From Eledone cirrhosa (Eukaryota): DNA of 64,000 nucleotides. How positions within the stretch are numbered: position 1 is the first letter of the stretch; each line of letters starts with the position of its first letter. Shown piece after piece: positions 27,962 to 42,690 of this stretch. Where the stretch lies: contig OZ024741.1 in NCBI GenBank assembly GCA_964016885.1, forward strand, positions 329,282,001-329,346,000, in the 5' to 3' direction. The notes under the pieces are model-generated. The model ran no database searches. It was not told the DNA's origin and worked only from the letters and a program-made list of their open reading frames with translations. Made by a program: the position numbers and the translations under genes.

Positions 27962-28509
27962 AAGTAGTAGTAGTAGTAGTAGTAGGAGGAGGAGGAGGAG
28001 GAGGAGCAGTAGTGTTTTATATGAGATATCAAAAACAAAATCGCCTTATAGAGGTAGATGTATAGAGAGAAAGAGCGATAGAGAGTGACAGAGAAAGAGA
28101 GAGAAATTGATACAGAGAGAGAGAGAGGGGGGGGGGAGAAAGAGATACAGAGGGAGATATATGGAGAGAAAGAGATATACAAAGCGATAGATAGATGGAT
28201 AGAGAGAGAGGCTGAGATGGCAGAAAAGCAGAGGAAAAGGAGAAATTGAAGAAAAAAGAATTGGTTTGAATCAGCAAAAGATGAAACGAAGATATAAAAT
28301 GTGTAGGTGTGAAAAGTAAAACCAACTTACTTATCACATTTTCACTTCATGCACATTACAGTAAATAGTACTAATACTACACGCACATACACACACGCGC
28401 ACACACATACATACACATACAAACACACATACACGCGCGCGCATATATGTATATATATGTATGTGTGTGTGTGCGTGAGAGAGAGAGTGTGTGTGTGTGT
28501 GTGTGTGTA

Positions 28510-28692
28510 GTAATAAGTGTTTCTACTTTTGGCACAAGGCCAGCAATTACCCAGTACATTACTGGTACTTTAGTTTATCGACCTCATAAGGATGAAAGGC
28601 AAAGTTAACCTCGGCGGGATTTGAACTCAGATCGTAAAGGGACGTAACTATGCTGGAAAGCATGTCCGACCCTCTACCAATTCTGCCAATCC
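28510..28692 (-). mobile_element. tRNA-derived SINE (family 1)
   Basis: Consensus match. Confidence 0.85.
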
Positions 28693-29254
28693 TTTATGTG
28701 TGTATTAATAATGAATACAAAGCCAAAATCCGAAGAGGTTTCGATATTGTATGAAATACTTGGCAAACTGGCGTATACCTCCTAGGTACTCCGAGTTTCC
28801 TGAAGCAAGTGACTTTCCAGTGACGTTTAAGTTGCTGAAGAACTAAGTAAGACCAACTTACTTCGGAAAACTCGCCAGTTTGCCTTGTATTTTACACAAT
28901 ATAGTATTTACCTCTACGATTACATATTGAGGGTTCTTTCTTTAATGATCACAATCACACATTCAGGTCGGCTCGCTGCTCTTGGAGTTCGAATCCATCC
29001 AAGGTCATCTTTGCCTTTCATCTTTTCGAGGTCGATAAAAAAGTACCAGTCTAGTACTGGGGTCGATTCTTCCTCTATATCTCTTTCTCATTTCCTCTCT
29101 TTCACTTTCTATCTTTCTCTGGAAGACATATGCTGTACTCACGCCTGGAGAGTGAGGGGCTCCGCCAGGCTTTAAATGCCCAAGAAACGCTGTATGCCAA
29201 TACGGCGCCCTTACAACTGTATCATGAGTTACGGGACCATACAATATATATATA

Positions 29255-29400
29255 GGCGCATGGCTTAGTGGTTAGAGCATTGGGCTTGCAATCGAAAGGT
29301 TGGGAGTTCAATTCTCGGACCGGGTGATGTGTTGTTTCCTTGAGCAAGACACTTTATTTCACGTTGCTCCAGTTTACTCAGCTGTAGAAATGAGTACCAG
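29255..29400 (+). mobile_element. tRNA-derived SINE (family 2)
   Basis: ggcgcatggcttagtggttagagc...gagttcaattct head; ccttgagcaagacacttt...ctcagctgtagaaatgagtacc core. Confidence 0.75.
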
Positions 29401-29889
29401 CCTGCTCGCCCAGCCAGTGGGATGGCGTTATCTTATGGCTAAAACAGCACGACGTGCTGTGACCAGCTGCGCCGATTGGCGCCCGACAGACTGGTCGGTC
29501 AAGGTGATCAAGGTGATAATAACATTAATAAAGATGCTGATGTTACATAAATCGTTTATTCATTGTAATTATTTCAACGGTTCCCCCATGCAATCAAGAT
29601 TTAATTCGTGCATTTGTTGTTGTTATGAGAACGGTATCCTTAGATGAAATTCGATTTTGTGATATGCCGCCGGCAGGAAAAACACAACCTTCTGCTCGTA
29701 GGTCCAGCAGTTTTCTCTGATGATCTGATTAAGCTAACATCGTATTTGAAATTGGGTGGCACTGCTTCTAGTGTTCAGTAATTTTTAGACAACTTAATCA
29801 GTGAAACAATTGTTAGACTGTAAATAAATCCCTTTTTTTGTACTGTTGACCATGTTATTCTTCACTTTTTCAATGTTATAATATTCTTT

Positions 29890-30298
29890 CTATTTTCGGC
29901 ACAAGGCCAGCAATTACCCCAGGTCATTACTGGTGCTTTACTTTATCGGCCCCGTAAGGACGAAAGGCAAAGCTAACCTCAGCGGGATTTGAACTAGCAA
30001 CCATAACTCCATACTACAAAGGTGTCTGTCTTACGCTCTACCGATACTGCCAATCCACCACTCTGATATATACTTATAATATTGATTTCTAGTATAGGCA
30101 CAAGGCCAGTAAGTTGGGGACATGGGGAAATCGATTAAATCGACCCCAGTACGTTACTGGTGCTTTATTTTATCGACCAGTAAGGATGAAAGGCAAAGTT
30201 AACCTCGGCGGGATTTGAACTCAGACCGTAAAGAACCATAACTCTATGCTCCAAAGCATGGTGTCTGACTCTATACCGATACTGCCAATCCACCACCC
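29890..30298 (-). mobile_element. Two tandem family 1 SINEs
   Basis: Consensus matches at 29890-30062 and 30085-30298. Confidence 0.8.
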
Positions 30299-30664
30299 TT
30301 ATATATTCTTATATATACTTATAATATTGATAAGTTGACGAAATCATCACAGCACGATGTGATTCACGCAATGTATGGTACTGCATTATCGAGCTATTTA
30401 CTGTTCTAGACAAGACTATCTGGCAGTTGTATGATATATCATTACAGACTTCGGTAGTGAGGCGGCAACATTGAATAAATTCCTCAAGGCAATCAACAAT
30501 AGTTCAATAGGATCTGCGACTTAACGATCATCAAATCATACAATAAAAACATCAAAGTTATTGATATAACCCCCAAACTAATTATGGCCATCAACAGAAA
30601 TTAATACAGCTTACATTAAACCATAGATAATCGGGTCAGTCAGTAAAAAAGAACAAAGAAAATG

Positions 30665-30711
<47 letters not shown>

Positions 30712-30873
30712 TTATATACGAATAAAACAGCTCTAGTCAGACAGAAGTCATTTCTATATAAAATTAAGGTTTCTATACTCTACGAACGATTTGAGTAATG
30801 TTTTAACTTCCGATATATATATGTGTGGTCACTTTCTGATACCCATCAGGAATCCACCCATAATTATATGAAC

Positions 30874-30924
<51 letters not shown>

Positions 30925-30927
<3 letters not shown>

Positions 30928-31563
30928 CAAATTACAGAGGCAGTATATATATATATATATATATATATAGGCAAATTACAGAGGCAGTAAGCATAAGAAA
31001 AAAAAAAAAAAAAAAAAAAAAAAGAATTACAACCAAAATTAAATAGAAAATATGAGTGGAACAGCAACATCACAACTTAAAACTAAGGACAAAATGAAAA
31101 CACACACACACATAGAACAAACAACCAACCAACAATAAATAAATAAATAAATAAATAAACAAATAGATAAATGAACACAAACACACACAGACACCCGGAT
31201 GTGGCGCATGCGCAAACTGAGCACACAACACACACACAGAAACAAAATGGCGTAGGACAGAAGAAAGGAAAGGCACAGAAACAAAGAAAGGAATCCCCAG
31301 TCACTGAAGAGGTCACAGAGTGTGTGACGAAAGGACTATGACTATATATAAACAACTATCTGGTTGTGGAACCAACCAACCAACCAGAAATTTATAAGTT
31401 TGTAGATTTGTAAATTTATAAATTTATAAATATATAATAAATTGAAGTGAAAGCAACTGGTGCGTGTATTTCTTATTGGCAACATGGCCCTCCCAAAGTA
31501 TAACAATATCGGTTTCAACACACGATTTCAGATAAAGAATCTTGCTAAACAAATTCAGAAACG

Positions 31564-31565
<2 letters not shown>
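30925..31565 (+). mobile_element. PLE pLTR family C fragment in (TA)n
   Basis: Colinear with 26874-27180; contains an HHR motif. Confidence 0.75.
31299..31343 (+). ncRNA. Minimal hammerhead-like motif (family C)
   Basis: agtca CTGAAGA g gtcaca gagtg tgtgac GAAA ggac TA tgact. Confidence 0.65.
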
Positions 31566-31648
<83 letters not shown>

Positions 31649-31860
31649 TATCATATCATATCATATCATATCCTCTTGGAGATGAGGGATCACTGCCAAG
31701 CATTTCTAAAGCCAACTGAATGCTATGATGAATGAACAATCCAACGTTTAGAGTGGCACCTCGATGACTTCTTTCACCAATAATGTGAACATTACATACA
31801 TAAATTACATACCTATATATACATATATAAATATTGATATATATATATGCATGTGTGTGT

Positions 31861-32668
31861 GGAAAAAATGAAACGAAATTTCATTTGTCACTCTTAGTAC
31901 GGCTGTTACTTAAATATAAGTATGTATACGTACATACATATATGTATACAGACGTACAGTAGTATGTATATAAATACATACATGCACACATATATATATA
32001 TATGCACGTATCGGTTTACCGAACATTTATTATAATGCTCGGTTTGTTTGTAAACAAACCGAGCATTATAATAAATGTTCGGTGAATCCATACGTACATA
32101 TATATATATGTGTGCATGTATGTATATACATACTACAGTACGTCTGTATACATATATGTATGTACGTATACATACTTATATTTAAGTAACAGCCGTACTA
32201 AGAGTGAGAAATGAAATTTCGTTTCATTTTTTCCATTTATCGTTTTCGGTGCGCCCAGCCGATTAACTCACTCGATATGCAAATTAGGCTGCTCAGCCGT
32301 TAATATGCATAAGGAAAGTATATACTTTCAGACGTTCAATCATCTGGCAGGAAGGTATACGGTGCTGGCGATAGCTAATAAGCTTGAAACTAGTACATTG
32401 TTCCTTTGTCAGTGTTGAACAAAAGGGCAACGATGGTTGCTAAATACTGTACGGCTTAATTCGGGATGTTTGTTTACAAACAAACCAAGCATTATAATAA
32501 ATGTTCGGTAAATCCATACGTACATATATATATATATATGTGTGCATGTATGTATATATATACATACTACTGTACGCCTGTATATATATGTGCATGTACG
32601 TATACATACTTATATTTAAGTAACAGCCGTACTAAGAGTGAGAAATGAAATTTCGTTTCATTTTTTCC

Positions 32669-32672
<4 letters not shown>
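31861..32672. mobile_element. PLE pLTR family D: palindrome (31861-32236) plus tandem forward copy
   Basis: Palindrome centred near 32052; three copies of the same 3' terminus. Confidence 0.75.
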
Positions 32673-32746
<74 letters not shown>

Positions 32747-33103
32747 ATACTTGGGGAGGGTCGTATTTGTGTAATATTGCCAGAATTAATAACAGAACAC
32801 ACTCACTGTTTGGTTGGTTTTCGCTTCTCGCTGTCTTTTATATCTGCGATCTAACTTACTCGGTCCTCAATGTTGCCATTGACTGACCGACGGTCAAAAA
32901 TAATACAGATACAATATAGACACAAACACATATATATAGTTTACATAATTTACATAAATCTTTCGTTGCACATCTGCAACATCGTCAGTGGTGTTATTTT
33001 TTTGGTGTATTATTTTTGACAGAGCGGTTGCCGGTCCAGCATTTTCGGTTGCCGAAACAAATATTTGTTTCGACACACGATTTCATATAAAAAAACCTCG
33101 CTA

Positions 33104-33151
<48 letters not shown>

Positions 33152-33190
33152 TATGTATATGTATGTATGTTTGTATGTACGTATACATCC

Positions 33191-33261
<71 letters not shown>

Positions 33262-33633
33262 TTAATCCGGGTCCAATCGGAGGTAACCACAGTAAGTAAG
33301 GTACTCAATACATAGCAGAGTATAAATGTTTGATATAGAAAAGCTTCTACAGGACTAGAGCTGTTTCATTCATGCGAAATCATTCTTATGATTTCGCATG
33401 AATGAAACAGTTCTAGCCCTGTAGAAACTTTTCTATATTAAATATATATATACTATCAGGCCCGTCCGGCTAGCGCCCGCCTAGGTATACCGGCGTTTTA
33501 TCCGTCCCTGGCTAATAAATGATATTTAGAAGAAAAAATATGACGTTGAGTACTTCTATCGAATTGCATTATTATTTACTGATTGGTGCGTTGCATACGC
33601 AACACCGTTTAGTCAATACATGTATTCTATACA

Positions 33634-34549
33634 TGAGGTGTGTCAGAAAAGTTCCAGGGCTGATGTCACAAAAGATTTATTTCGAACCCAAACTTCACAC
33701 TAAGAGGTTTCTCCTTCAAAGTAATCTCCCTGGAGTCTAATGCACTTTTCATCCTTTTCTGCCACGCTTGCATGCACTCCTGGAAAGATTCTTCCGGGAT
33801 CCTCCGCAGTTCCGTCGTCACTGCCTTTTTGATGTCGTCCACGTCTTCAAAACGGGTCCCCTCCGGGTCGTACTCGAAGATCCATGAATCATCACCGGTG
33901 ATGACTGTCCCTAGCAAGTCTGGTTCGGTTTAAAGACGCTCGAGGATGTCCTGGCACAATTGCATGCGTCGACCCTTCTGGTCATCGTTCAGCAGTTCTG
34001 GCACCATCTTCAGACAGACTTTCCGCATGTCCAAATCTTGAGTGAGAATCTTCCAGACGCTGTCCCGATTCATGCCCAGCTCATTTGCCATCAGTCGAAC
34101 AGTCAGCCGACGATCCCTACGCACCATCTGCCTGACGCGCTCAACGTTGACCTCAGTCCTGGTTGTTGAGGGCCTTCCGCTCCTGGGGTCATCTTCCACG
34201 TCCTCGCGTCCTTCTGTAAACCTCTTGCACCACTCAAAAACACGCGAGCGTGACATCGTCTCATCTCCATACACTTGCTGCAGCAATCCAAGTGCTTCTG
34301 ACGGAGTTTTCCCCAACCGTACCAGAAACTTCAAGTTTGTTCGTTGCTCTGTGCTCTGTGCTTGACGACCTGAAACAGAGGACATGTATATAAAATTATG
34401 AAGAAAAAAGTTTGATCGCTGCAGAGAGCTAAGATTACAGTTACATACACCAGAGAGATTTCTTTGAAGGAGAAAACGCTTAGTGTGACGTTTGGGTTTG
34501 AAATAAAGCTTCTATGACATCAGTCCTGGAACTTTTCTGACACACCTCG
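33634..34549 (-). mobile_element. Mariner DNA transposon, internally deleted
   Basis: TIRs gaggtgtgtcagaaaagttccagg.ctgatgtca; HTH region EQRTNLKFLVRLGK..DDPRSGRP; ITGDDSWIFEYDPE fused directly to GTRFEDVDDIK, so most of the DDD domain is missing. Confidence 0.92.
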
Positions 34550-34682
<133 letters not shown>

Positions 34683-35019
34683 CATATCTGTACGTAGAGA
34701 GAGAGATAGAAATAATATATGCATATAATATATAATGAATAAGCTTTGACAGAGCGGTTGCCGGTCCAGCAAAAATTGAAAATTAGAATTGGTGCTCTGA
34801 AATAGCTCTGTATAATCAGTTCCTGATTATTACTGGAATTCTATAAGAATCAAACATCCATAATTTTCAGCAGGCAGTACCAACCGTAAGAAACAGAGAT
34901 CTGTCAGCTTATCTCCCTTTGTTTGCTGAAAAAAGAAGTGACATAGTCACTACTTTAAAACAATAGCGTAAGGTCTTCAAAATGCTTTTAATTAAGCATA
35001 CAGTGTATTGTAAAATACA

Positions 35020-35093
<74 letters not shown>

Positions 35094-35559
35094 TTGAACG
35101 AGTTTGTGTTAAATCCAACGGAACTTAAGTATCTGTATAACGCAACTTCTATAAGCGATTATATATAAATACATACATACATACAAATATACATAGATAT
35201 ATACATACACACATAATATACATGTATATGTATATACATATATACTTACACACGCGCGCGCGCGCACACACACACACATATATATGTGTGTGTGTGTGTT
35301 TGTATGTATGTATATATATATACATAGGTTAATTTCTAATGTGCTACTTACGTCAGAATTGTCGTCATTGCATGTATTTTGGCAGAATACATTCCATGCA
35401 CATGTCACTACATGAAACAACACAACGGTATGGATGTGTGCGGGAGATGTGTAGGTTGTGTATAGTTGTGTTGGTGTATATATGTCTAGCTGTGTATATT
35501 TATTATTGTGTAGGTGTACATGACTGAGTTGCTGGATTATGATTAATGTTGTGCTAGGT

Positions 35560-35888
35560 TAACCCGTGTATTCAGTGCACACGTTCTTCCGCAACAATTC
35601 TCAAGGTCTATCTGAACAAATTTTGTTGGTTAGGAGTCATTTATGTGATTTAGACTGTCTCGGGAAAGAATCCCTGGACAGATTTTATGATCAAAACTAA
35701 CTGGCAGAAGTTCAGTGGTAGACCACGAACATGATGGTTGGATAACACCTATTAACTTGGCTAGTCTCGCTTGGGGATCCAATCGGATCACTTAAAGACG
35801 ATTCTTTCTAACCAGACCTGCTGGAAAGAGTGTTTGAGGACTCAGCCTCCGGGACCCTTCCAGGAATAATTGGGCGAATACGAAGAAA
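35560..35888 (+). mobile_element. RTE-like LINE 3' fragment
   Basis: Degenerate WLG.HL..RLSRERIPGQIL..LTGR...GRPRT.WLD, typical of the RTE C-terminus. Confidence 0.55.
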
Positions 35889-38363
35889 CATTTATGGATG
35901 TTTTTACTATTTCCGACCATATTGCAGAGTTTTGGTCGTCTCATTTGCGCCGGTCACCAATTTGGTACTTTTCTCAGACCCGCGAAGACTAGGTTTTTTT
36001 AGAGGCGGCCCTTTCTCACCTCATTGTAGCTAGTCGTAAAATATTTCTTGGGATTTGACAGAGTCACCCATTGTTCCGTCTCCCATTGTTTACCGTTGTT
36101 GGTCTGAAATTGCTTCTTCGTCCAGCAGCAGCCCGCTTATATTACAACTAACCATCATATCTGGTGGCCCTATCACTATCAGCCACCTGTGAACCGTTCT
36201 CTGATAGAACAGCCCTGCCGAGAAAGGATGAAAGACGAAACTAACCTCGAAGAAGAAGAAGAAGAAGAAGAAGAAGAAGAAGAAGAAGAAGAAGAAGAAG
36301 AAGAAGAAGAAGAAGAAGAAGAAGAAGAAGAAGAAGAAGAAGAAGAAGAAGAAGAAGAAGAAGAAGAAGAAGAAGAAGAAGAAGAAGAAGAAGAAGAAGA
36401 AGAAGAAGAAGAATCATTTATCCGAGATATTCTCGTGTTGGCAAGATACACAATCGAATGAAAATTCCACGAAGTGCTTCTTCATCCCTAGATCAGATGT
36501 CTCCAGGCTCCTTGCCTGTTTTTAATATTCTTCCATTATGTAATGTCGTAGATTACTTATCTTCTCTCTCAAGTTCTGCACACCTGATACATTTATGTTG
36601 TGTTTCGTGCATCTTCTTGTAAGCAGTGTTTATCAGGACTATTTTGTTAGAGGTAGAGTAAATACAAAACATTATTTTTGAGTGAAATCTAAAAGTCCAT
36701 ATCAATGTGACACCGCAAACGTCATTAAATGTACATACATACATACATACATACATACATACATACATACATACATACATACATACATACATACATACAT
36801 ACATACATACATACGTACAGAGAGGGTATAAAAGAAGCCCGATGCCCTGCGGTTTTGACTTGTATTCGCCAAGCTGATGCATATAAGGTATCTGCATATA
36901 GGTGTATATATATATATGTGTGTATGTGTGCGTGTGTATGTGTGTGTACACGCACATATATATTATATATGTATATATACACACATACCGACATATATTA
37001 TATATATAGAGAGAGAGAGTGTAACTTGGAGTTACTGTAAGTTCACCCTGGTGAGCACTCGATGCTTAGGTTCACTTCTGTATCGAGGTGTAGAGATATA
37101 CAGAGTGTATTATATTGAACAGATAACAAAGACGATTGGTTACTCCTTCATTACATTAATTTTTCTACTAGCATTTTAAGGGGTCCGTCGAGCTGCAGAT
37201 TACAGAGTCGGGTAAGATCGATACAGATCGAACCTTGAGCTGATCAGTGGCGAGACGCGCGTCACCAACCAATAAATGTAATGAAGGAGTAACCAATCGT
37301 CCTTGTTATCTTTTTCAATATATATATATATATTGAATAGAAAACGAAAAATCATCTGAACTCAATTTATTGTGTGTTACAATTGTTTCGCCGGCGGACA
37401 GCTCGAGACGCGATCATTGTGTGGATCTGTCTGATTCTGGACCCGCAGGTTCGACGGACACGTCTAATGATTTCGGAACATATTCTCTCACTCTCTATTC
37501 TATTATACTCTGCTCTGTAAGAGCATAGATTGCTCAACTGGCATACTACCTATGGAAGCATCTTATCTACCATCAGACACATATATATATATATATATAT
37601 ATCGACATTCATCAAATCGGACCGAGGAAACAATGTTTCCATTGGTCTTTCCAGTTGCTAATACTATAGATGCTCTATACCGATATTCAAAATCCCTAAC
37701 ACTTCTAGTCGTAAGAAGTAGATCCCGAGCGCTTTAAACTGCGTTTAAAAACAACTCGTGAAGCTTCAGTTGGGCGAGTGTATAGAGTACGGAAAAAAAA
37801 GATGGAATATCCATGTGGTCTACAGTTAATTTCGTCGTAGGGAGGTCTCAATAAGGTCACAATAGTGGGTGGTGGCAGGTTTTGATCGTTCAACAACAGG
37901 TACTAACAGAGATCACATATTCCTCCTGCATATCGCAGTTTCTACCTGAGACGTTTTTCTTTTGTATATATCGAACGAATTCAACGTTTCTTCTAGATAC
38001 TGTCTGGGGAAGTCGTGTTGACAGTTGCGTGATGGCAGCAATACGTAATTATTAACGCCTCAGAAATATGTATTACGGCAAAATATAAATGAAATTAAAT
38101 ATGAACATCTACATCTGGCTTTCGTAATTATCCTAATTGTATTGATTATTACTCCTGTATATGTATGTGTGCGTGTCATTATCATTACTACGTGATGAGT
38201 CTTGTTACTCTGGAGTTTCACCTGTGTGCACACAGGATCATCAGACAAGGTTGGAATGCCTATTGATTACGTACATACTCAGGTGAAACTCCAAGGTAAC
38301 AAGACTCACAACTGACCGAGAATAAAAATCATGATTAAACACTCTACTTCGGTATATTCGGTG

Positions 38364-38459
<96 letters not shown>

Positions 38460-38590
38460 TGTGTAGGATGTGAGTTTTATTGTAGTACAATAAAGCAATG
38501 CAGATATCGGATAAGAAGCACTCTACAGTGTGTAGGACTGGAGTATACATAATATATAAGATCAAAAGATGGTTAAAGGAGTTCCATGTA

Positions 38591-38657
38591 TTTTATTATG
38601 CGCATTTCAAAAACAAACATCATCATGCAATAACATTTGTGTTTTCATCAGATAAAA
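38591..38657 (-). ncRNA. Minimal type I hammerhead ribozyme in the 3' pLTR
   Basis: ttttat CTGATGA aaacacaaatg..gtttgttttt GAAA tgcgca TA ataaaa. Confidence 0.8.
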
Positions 38658-39470
38658 CAGGAGGACATGATATGAAGGCTAAAAAACGCTTGTGGATAGT
38701 GCAGTTTTAAATCAACATATGAGAAGTAGTTTTAGATTGATGTGTGATATTGGGAAAAATATTTTATTTAGAGAGGGGGGTGGAAAGGATGAAAAAAAAG
38801 GGGGAGGAGATGAGAGTGAAGGTGGAGAGGGAGAGATGGGTGATAGAGAGAAAGAGATAGTTTTTATAACATAGAGAGGTTGAAAACCGTTGGAAGATAA
38901 TGTATAAATTAAAAGAATTTGAAAATTAACGAAGGGAAAAATATGTACGAAGAAGGAGAGGGAGTTAATATGTATTGAGATTAAAAAGTTTGATGGAGTT
39001 AATATGTATTGAGATTAAAAAGATAATAGAATAATGAATTGCGGATGAATATTCTAACGTCAAAAAGTGTGTGTGTTTACAAGTATTATGGAAATTTGAA
39101 AATTAACGAAGAGAAAAAAAATTATTAAGGTTTGTGTATTGAAGGATTTGAGAAAAATAATGTGAAGTTAAGGTTTGTATATTGAAGGAATTGATAATAT
39201 GTGCGAAGAAAGAGTTAATATGTATTAAGAATGAGTTAGATGATGGGGAGAAAAAAATAATGAGTTAAGGATGAATAATCTGGCGTCAAAACAAATGTAT
39301 ATGTTACGAAGGATTTTACAAGGTGAAGATAGAGTAAGGGTAATGAGTAAACAAGTATTATAGAGTGTATAATACCCTTTGAAATAAGGTAGGAAGATGG
39401 GTATATTTTAAAAGAGGTGTATGTATATGTGCCTTTGAGAAAAGATTCTAAATTGATAAAGAATTGAATA

Positions 39471-41854
39471 TTAGCTGTATACTTTGTGAAATGTCTTATG
39501 GAATTTATACAAGCAGATAGAAAACAAATCTGTTCGTCTATTTATTATAGAATCTAGATTAGAGATAATGGTAAATTTTTCATTTAGGCAGAGATTACAG
39601 ATTTTAGATAGAGAGCTGTTCAAGAAACCTTCTTCCAAAAGATGGTATATTTAATGTTTTTGTCTTTCAAGGACCATATGAGTTCTGAGAGGGCCGTGTT
39701 GGTTCTTTTAAGTTTGTATTTAAAAGATGAATGATGATTATAGAGACGAGCTTTAAAAGAGGTGGAAGTGGAGCCAAAATAGGTGAAGGAATTGGTGCTA
39801 GTTATAACTTTACATTCATAAATTAAGTTTTTATCAAGACAATGGTTGTTGAGAGGACATTTATTTTTAATAGGGCAATTGCAATTGCAATTAGAGAGAT
39901 TATTAATGAGTGACCTAGTGTTATCTATAGAAGGAATTGGATTGGAGAAGTTGTTTGCGATAGGAATAATAGTTTCTTGATTTAGAGTTGGATTATGAAC
40001 ATTTAGCGAAGTTGTGTTTGACGTTGTATTTGGGTTTACAGAAATTAGCCTAGGGTTTACAATGACGTCGGGAGTACTATTACTGTTATTATGAAATTCA
40101 GTGTTGGAAGGAAGAGATTTAGTATTTAGTATTTTATTGTTGTGTTTAGAGATAATGTTGGAAATATTGGAGGATGTAGAATAAGAAAATTTTATGGTGT
40201 GTTTGTTAAATATTTTACTATAGATATGTGAGGGAGGGAAGCATTTATTTAAGGCACTAAAGAATAATTTAGGAATATTGTTATTAATAGAGATGGAGAA
40301 AGGAGCATTATACCAGATTATGTTTTTGTATCTAGATCTTTTATTAAAGTTATTGGAATGATCATGATTAATTATTCTACTGTAAGTTCTTCTAGAATTT
40401 GTTTCTTTACTATATTTGATTTTATCAGGATAGCCGGCTTTAGAAAGTGCGTTATTATAGTAATTGGCGTTAGCATCAAAGATGTTTTTATTAGAAGATA
40501 TGTTAGATATTCTTTTTCCAATATTACTAACTATAGCATTCTTGATATTGGTAGGATGGTTAGATTTAAAGTTAACATAATTTAGGTTCTCATTGTTTTT
40601 ATGGTAAGGGTAATATAGGCCAGTGTCAAGATTAAGAGATACATCCAAGAAATTAGCTAGTTTGATACTGTTATCAAATTCAATTTTTAGGTTATGTTGG
40701 TTAAAGAGATTACGTATATTGTTCTTAATAATATTAAGGTTAACTATATTGCAATTTAAGATAGTAAAGAGTCCATCGTCACGATAAATTCCACCGCGAA
40801 GTTGAGGAATGTTCCGACTCAAAGAGTTCAAAATAAAGATACCAATTAAATCAGTCAATTGGGATGAATCGGATGCCCCCATTGTGATGTCGAAGTTGTT
40901 AGAGGTATCGGCTCTGGTACAATATTCATTGTTGAACTCTAGGATGGTTTTACGTGCGGTGAGGATGATGTGAAGTTCATCTGTGGTGATGTCAGAATAT
41001 TTAAGTGCGAAAGATAGAGCATTATTGAGAAGTGAAGGCCAAATGGAGGAATAGTAGCTGGCAATATCAAATTGAATAAATTTTAGTTTGTTTTTATTAT
41101 CCAATTTGTTGAACCAGCCAATCACTTCAGAAGTACCAAACCATAAATTTAGGTTCAAAGAAGAGCAATTAGAACGAACCTGTGGGATAATTCTATCCAA
41201 GATGGCTTTACTAACAACCCCCAGATCAGATTTAGAGGGGTCGATTAATCTAACAGGTAGTTCAGTGCGAAAATTGTTTTTGTGATCCTTGAGATTTATC
41301 CTCGGAGTTCTTGGGAGGAATGGTTCGGTCTTTTTTTCAATGCCAAGTTTTGACATAATCTCAGAGGCTTCAAGGTTTATGTATTCTAAATTTTCATGGT
41401 TGGTTTTACGATATTTTTTCCTAAGTTCTTTTAGGATAAGGTTGTTATAATTATCCTTGGAAATACCATATAAGTTATTGATTTTGTCAGAGTGGACTAA
41501 AACATTTTTTGAGGAATTTAGGTTAGAAATTGTGTTCTTGAGATTTACAAGGTGCTCTTGTCCTTTGTAAGGGTATCTCTTGAATTTAAGATTTTTTATT
41601 ATTTTAGTTAACTCTTCCTCGAATTGCACTAGATTTTTGTTGGAAGGAGGATTTCTTCTAGAATTAAATAGATGATCGAGGAAGTTATGTTCTTTGGTAT
41701 AGAAGTTCCCTTTTAGGCGCTGGTCATAGAAATAGACTATCCATCTAAGTCTTCTTACGAAGGAGTCAGTTTTTTCAATTAGAAGTTTGGTGAATTCAGA
41801 TTTACCAGGTATAGGAATGTCTTTAGTTGAATTGGTTATGTTGTAATAATCCAT
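39471..41854 (-). pseudogene. Naiad-type RT + GIY-YIG polyprotein, one frameshift near the C-terminus
   Basis: NSTKDIPIP, FVRRLRW, HSDK, KDHK, FIQFDI, IYRDDG, CNCP..CPL..C, LIYEC..YFGST; after WKKVS the protein continues in a shifted frame (CNLCLNEK..) to a stop at 39471. Confidence 0.92.
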
Positions 41855-42099
41855 GTTGTAGAAGAAGAAGTAAAAGACCATCAGAAGGTATCCAATATGA
41901 GAGTAAGCGCTCAACCGTTAAGGAGCAAGTTAATGTAGGAGGTGAGTTTTATTGTACTACAATAAAGCAATGCAGATATCGGATAAGAAGCACTCTACAG
42001 TTTGTAGGACTGGAGTATACATAATATATAAGATCAAAAGATGGTTAAAGGAGTTCCATGTATTTTATTATGCACATTTCAAAAACAAACATCATCATG

Positions 42100-42208
<109 letters not shown>

Positions 42209-42301
42209 AATGTGTAGTTTACTTGAAACATTGTATATGGTATGAACAATTCTAAGTTTGAAAGCCATGACAATGTGGCTTTAGATGGAAAATAATCAAA
42301 T

Positions 42302-42512
42302 CGTAAGAAACAGGGTTTGTTTTTTTATCTTAATATATTAATGTCCTGATATTTCGAGATTAATATCTCGTCTTCCGAGGAAAATAAAGGAACAATTGCA
42401 GTGACCTATGTGGCTCGCTATACTTGTATTTTCCTCGGAAGAAGAGATATTAATCTCGAAATATCAGGACATATGAATAAATTAAGGTAAAAACTAACCC
42501 CTCTTTCTTACC
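42302..42512. repeat. Inverted repeat carrying two hammerhead-like motifs (core CGGAAGA)
   Basis: tcct CGGAAGA a gagat atta atctc GAAA ta TC agga at 42432-42469, with the reverse complement at ~42344-42381. Confidence 0.6.
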
Positions 42513-42563
42513 GTTTAATTATTTTCCGTCCAAACCCGCATTGTCGTGGCTTTCAGACGTCTT

Positions 42564-42690
<127 letters not shown>

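Noticed and set aside
29255-29330. tRNA gene
   Set aside because: It has no proper acceptor stem and continues into a SINE core that is repeated elsewhere.
33335-33437. Hammerhead in the palindrome (cttatga..gaaacag)
   Set aside because: The core is mutated and the stem I 5' strand is absent; kept only as an inverted repeat.
37370-37480. Hammerhead on the minus strand (GAAA caattg TA)
   Set aside because: I could not find a CUGANGA-like core or stem I partner.
39600-39640. TGA after WKKVS as a selenocysteine codon (some Naiads encode selenoproteins)
   Set aside because: It is not at a conserved Cys position and homology resumes in a different frame. The conserved Cys sites of all three Naiad ORFs are ordinary TGT/TGC.
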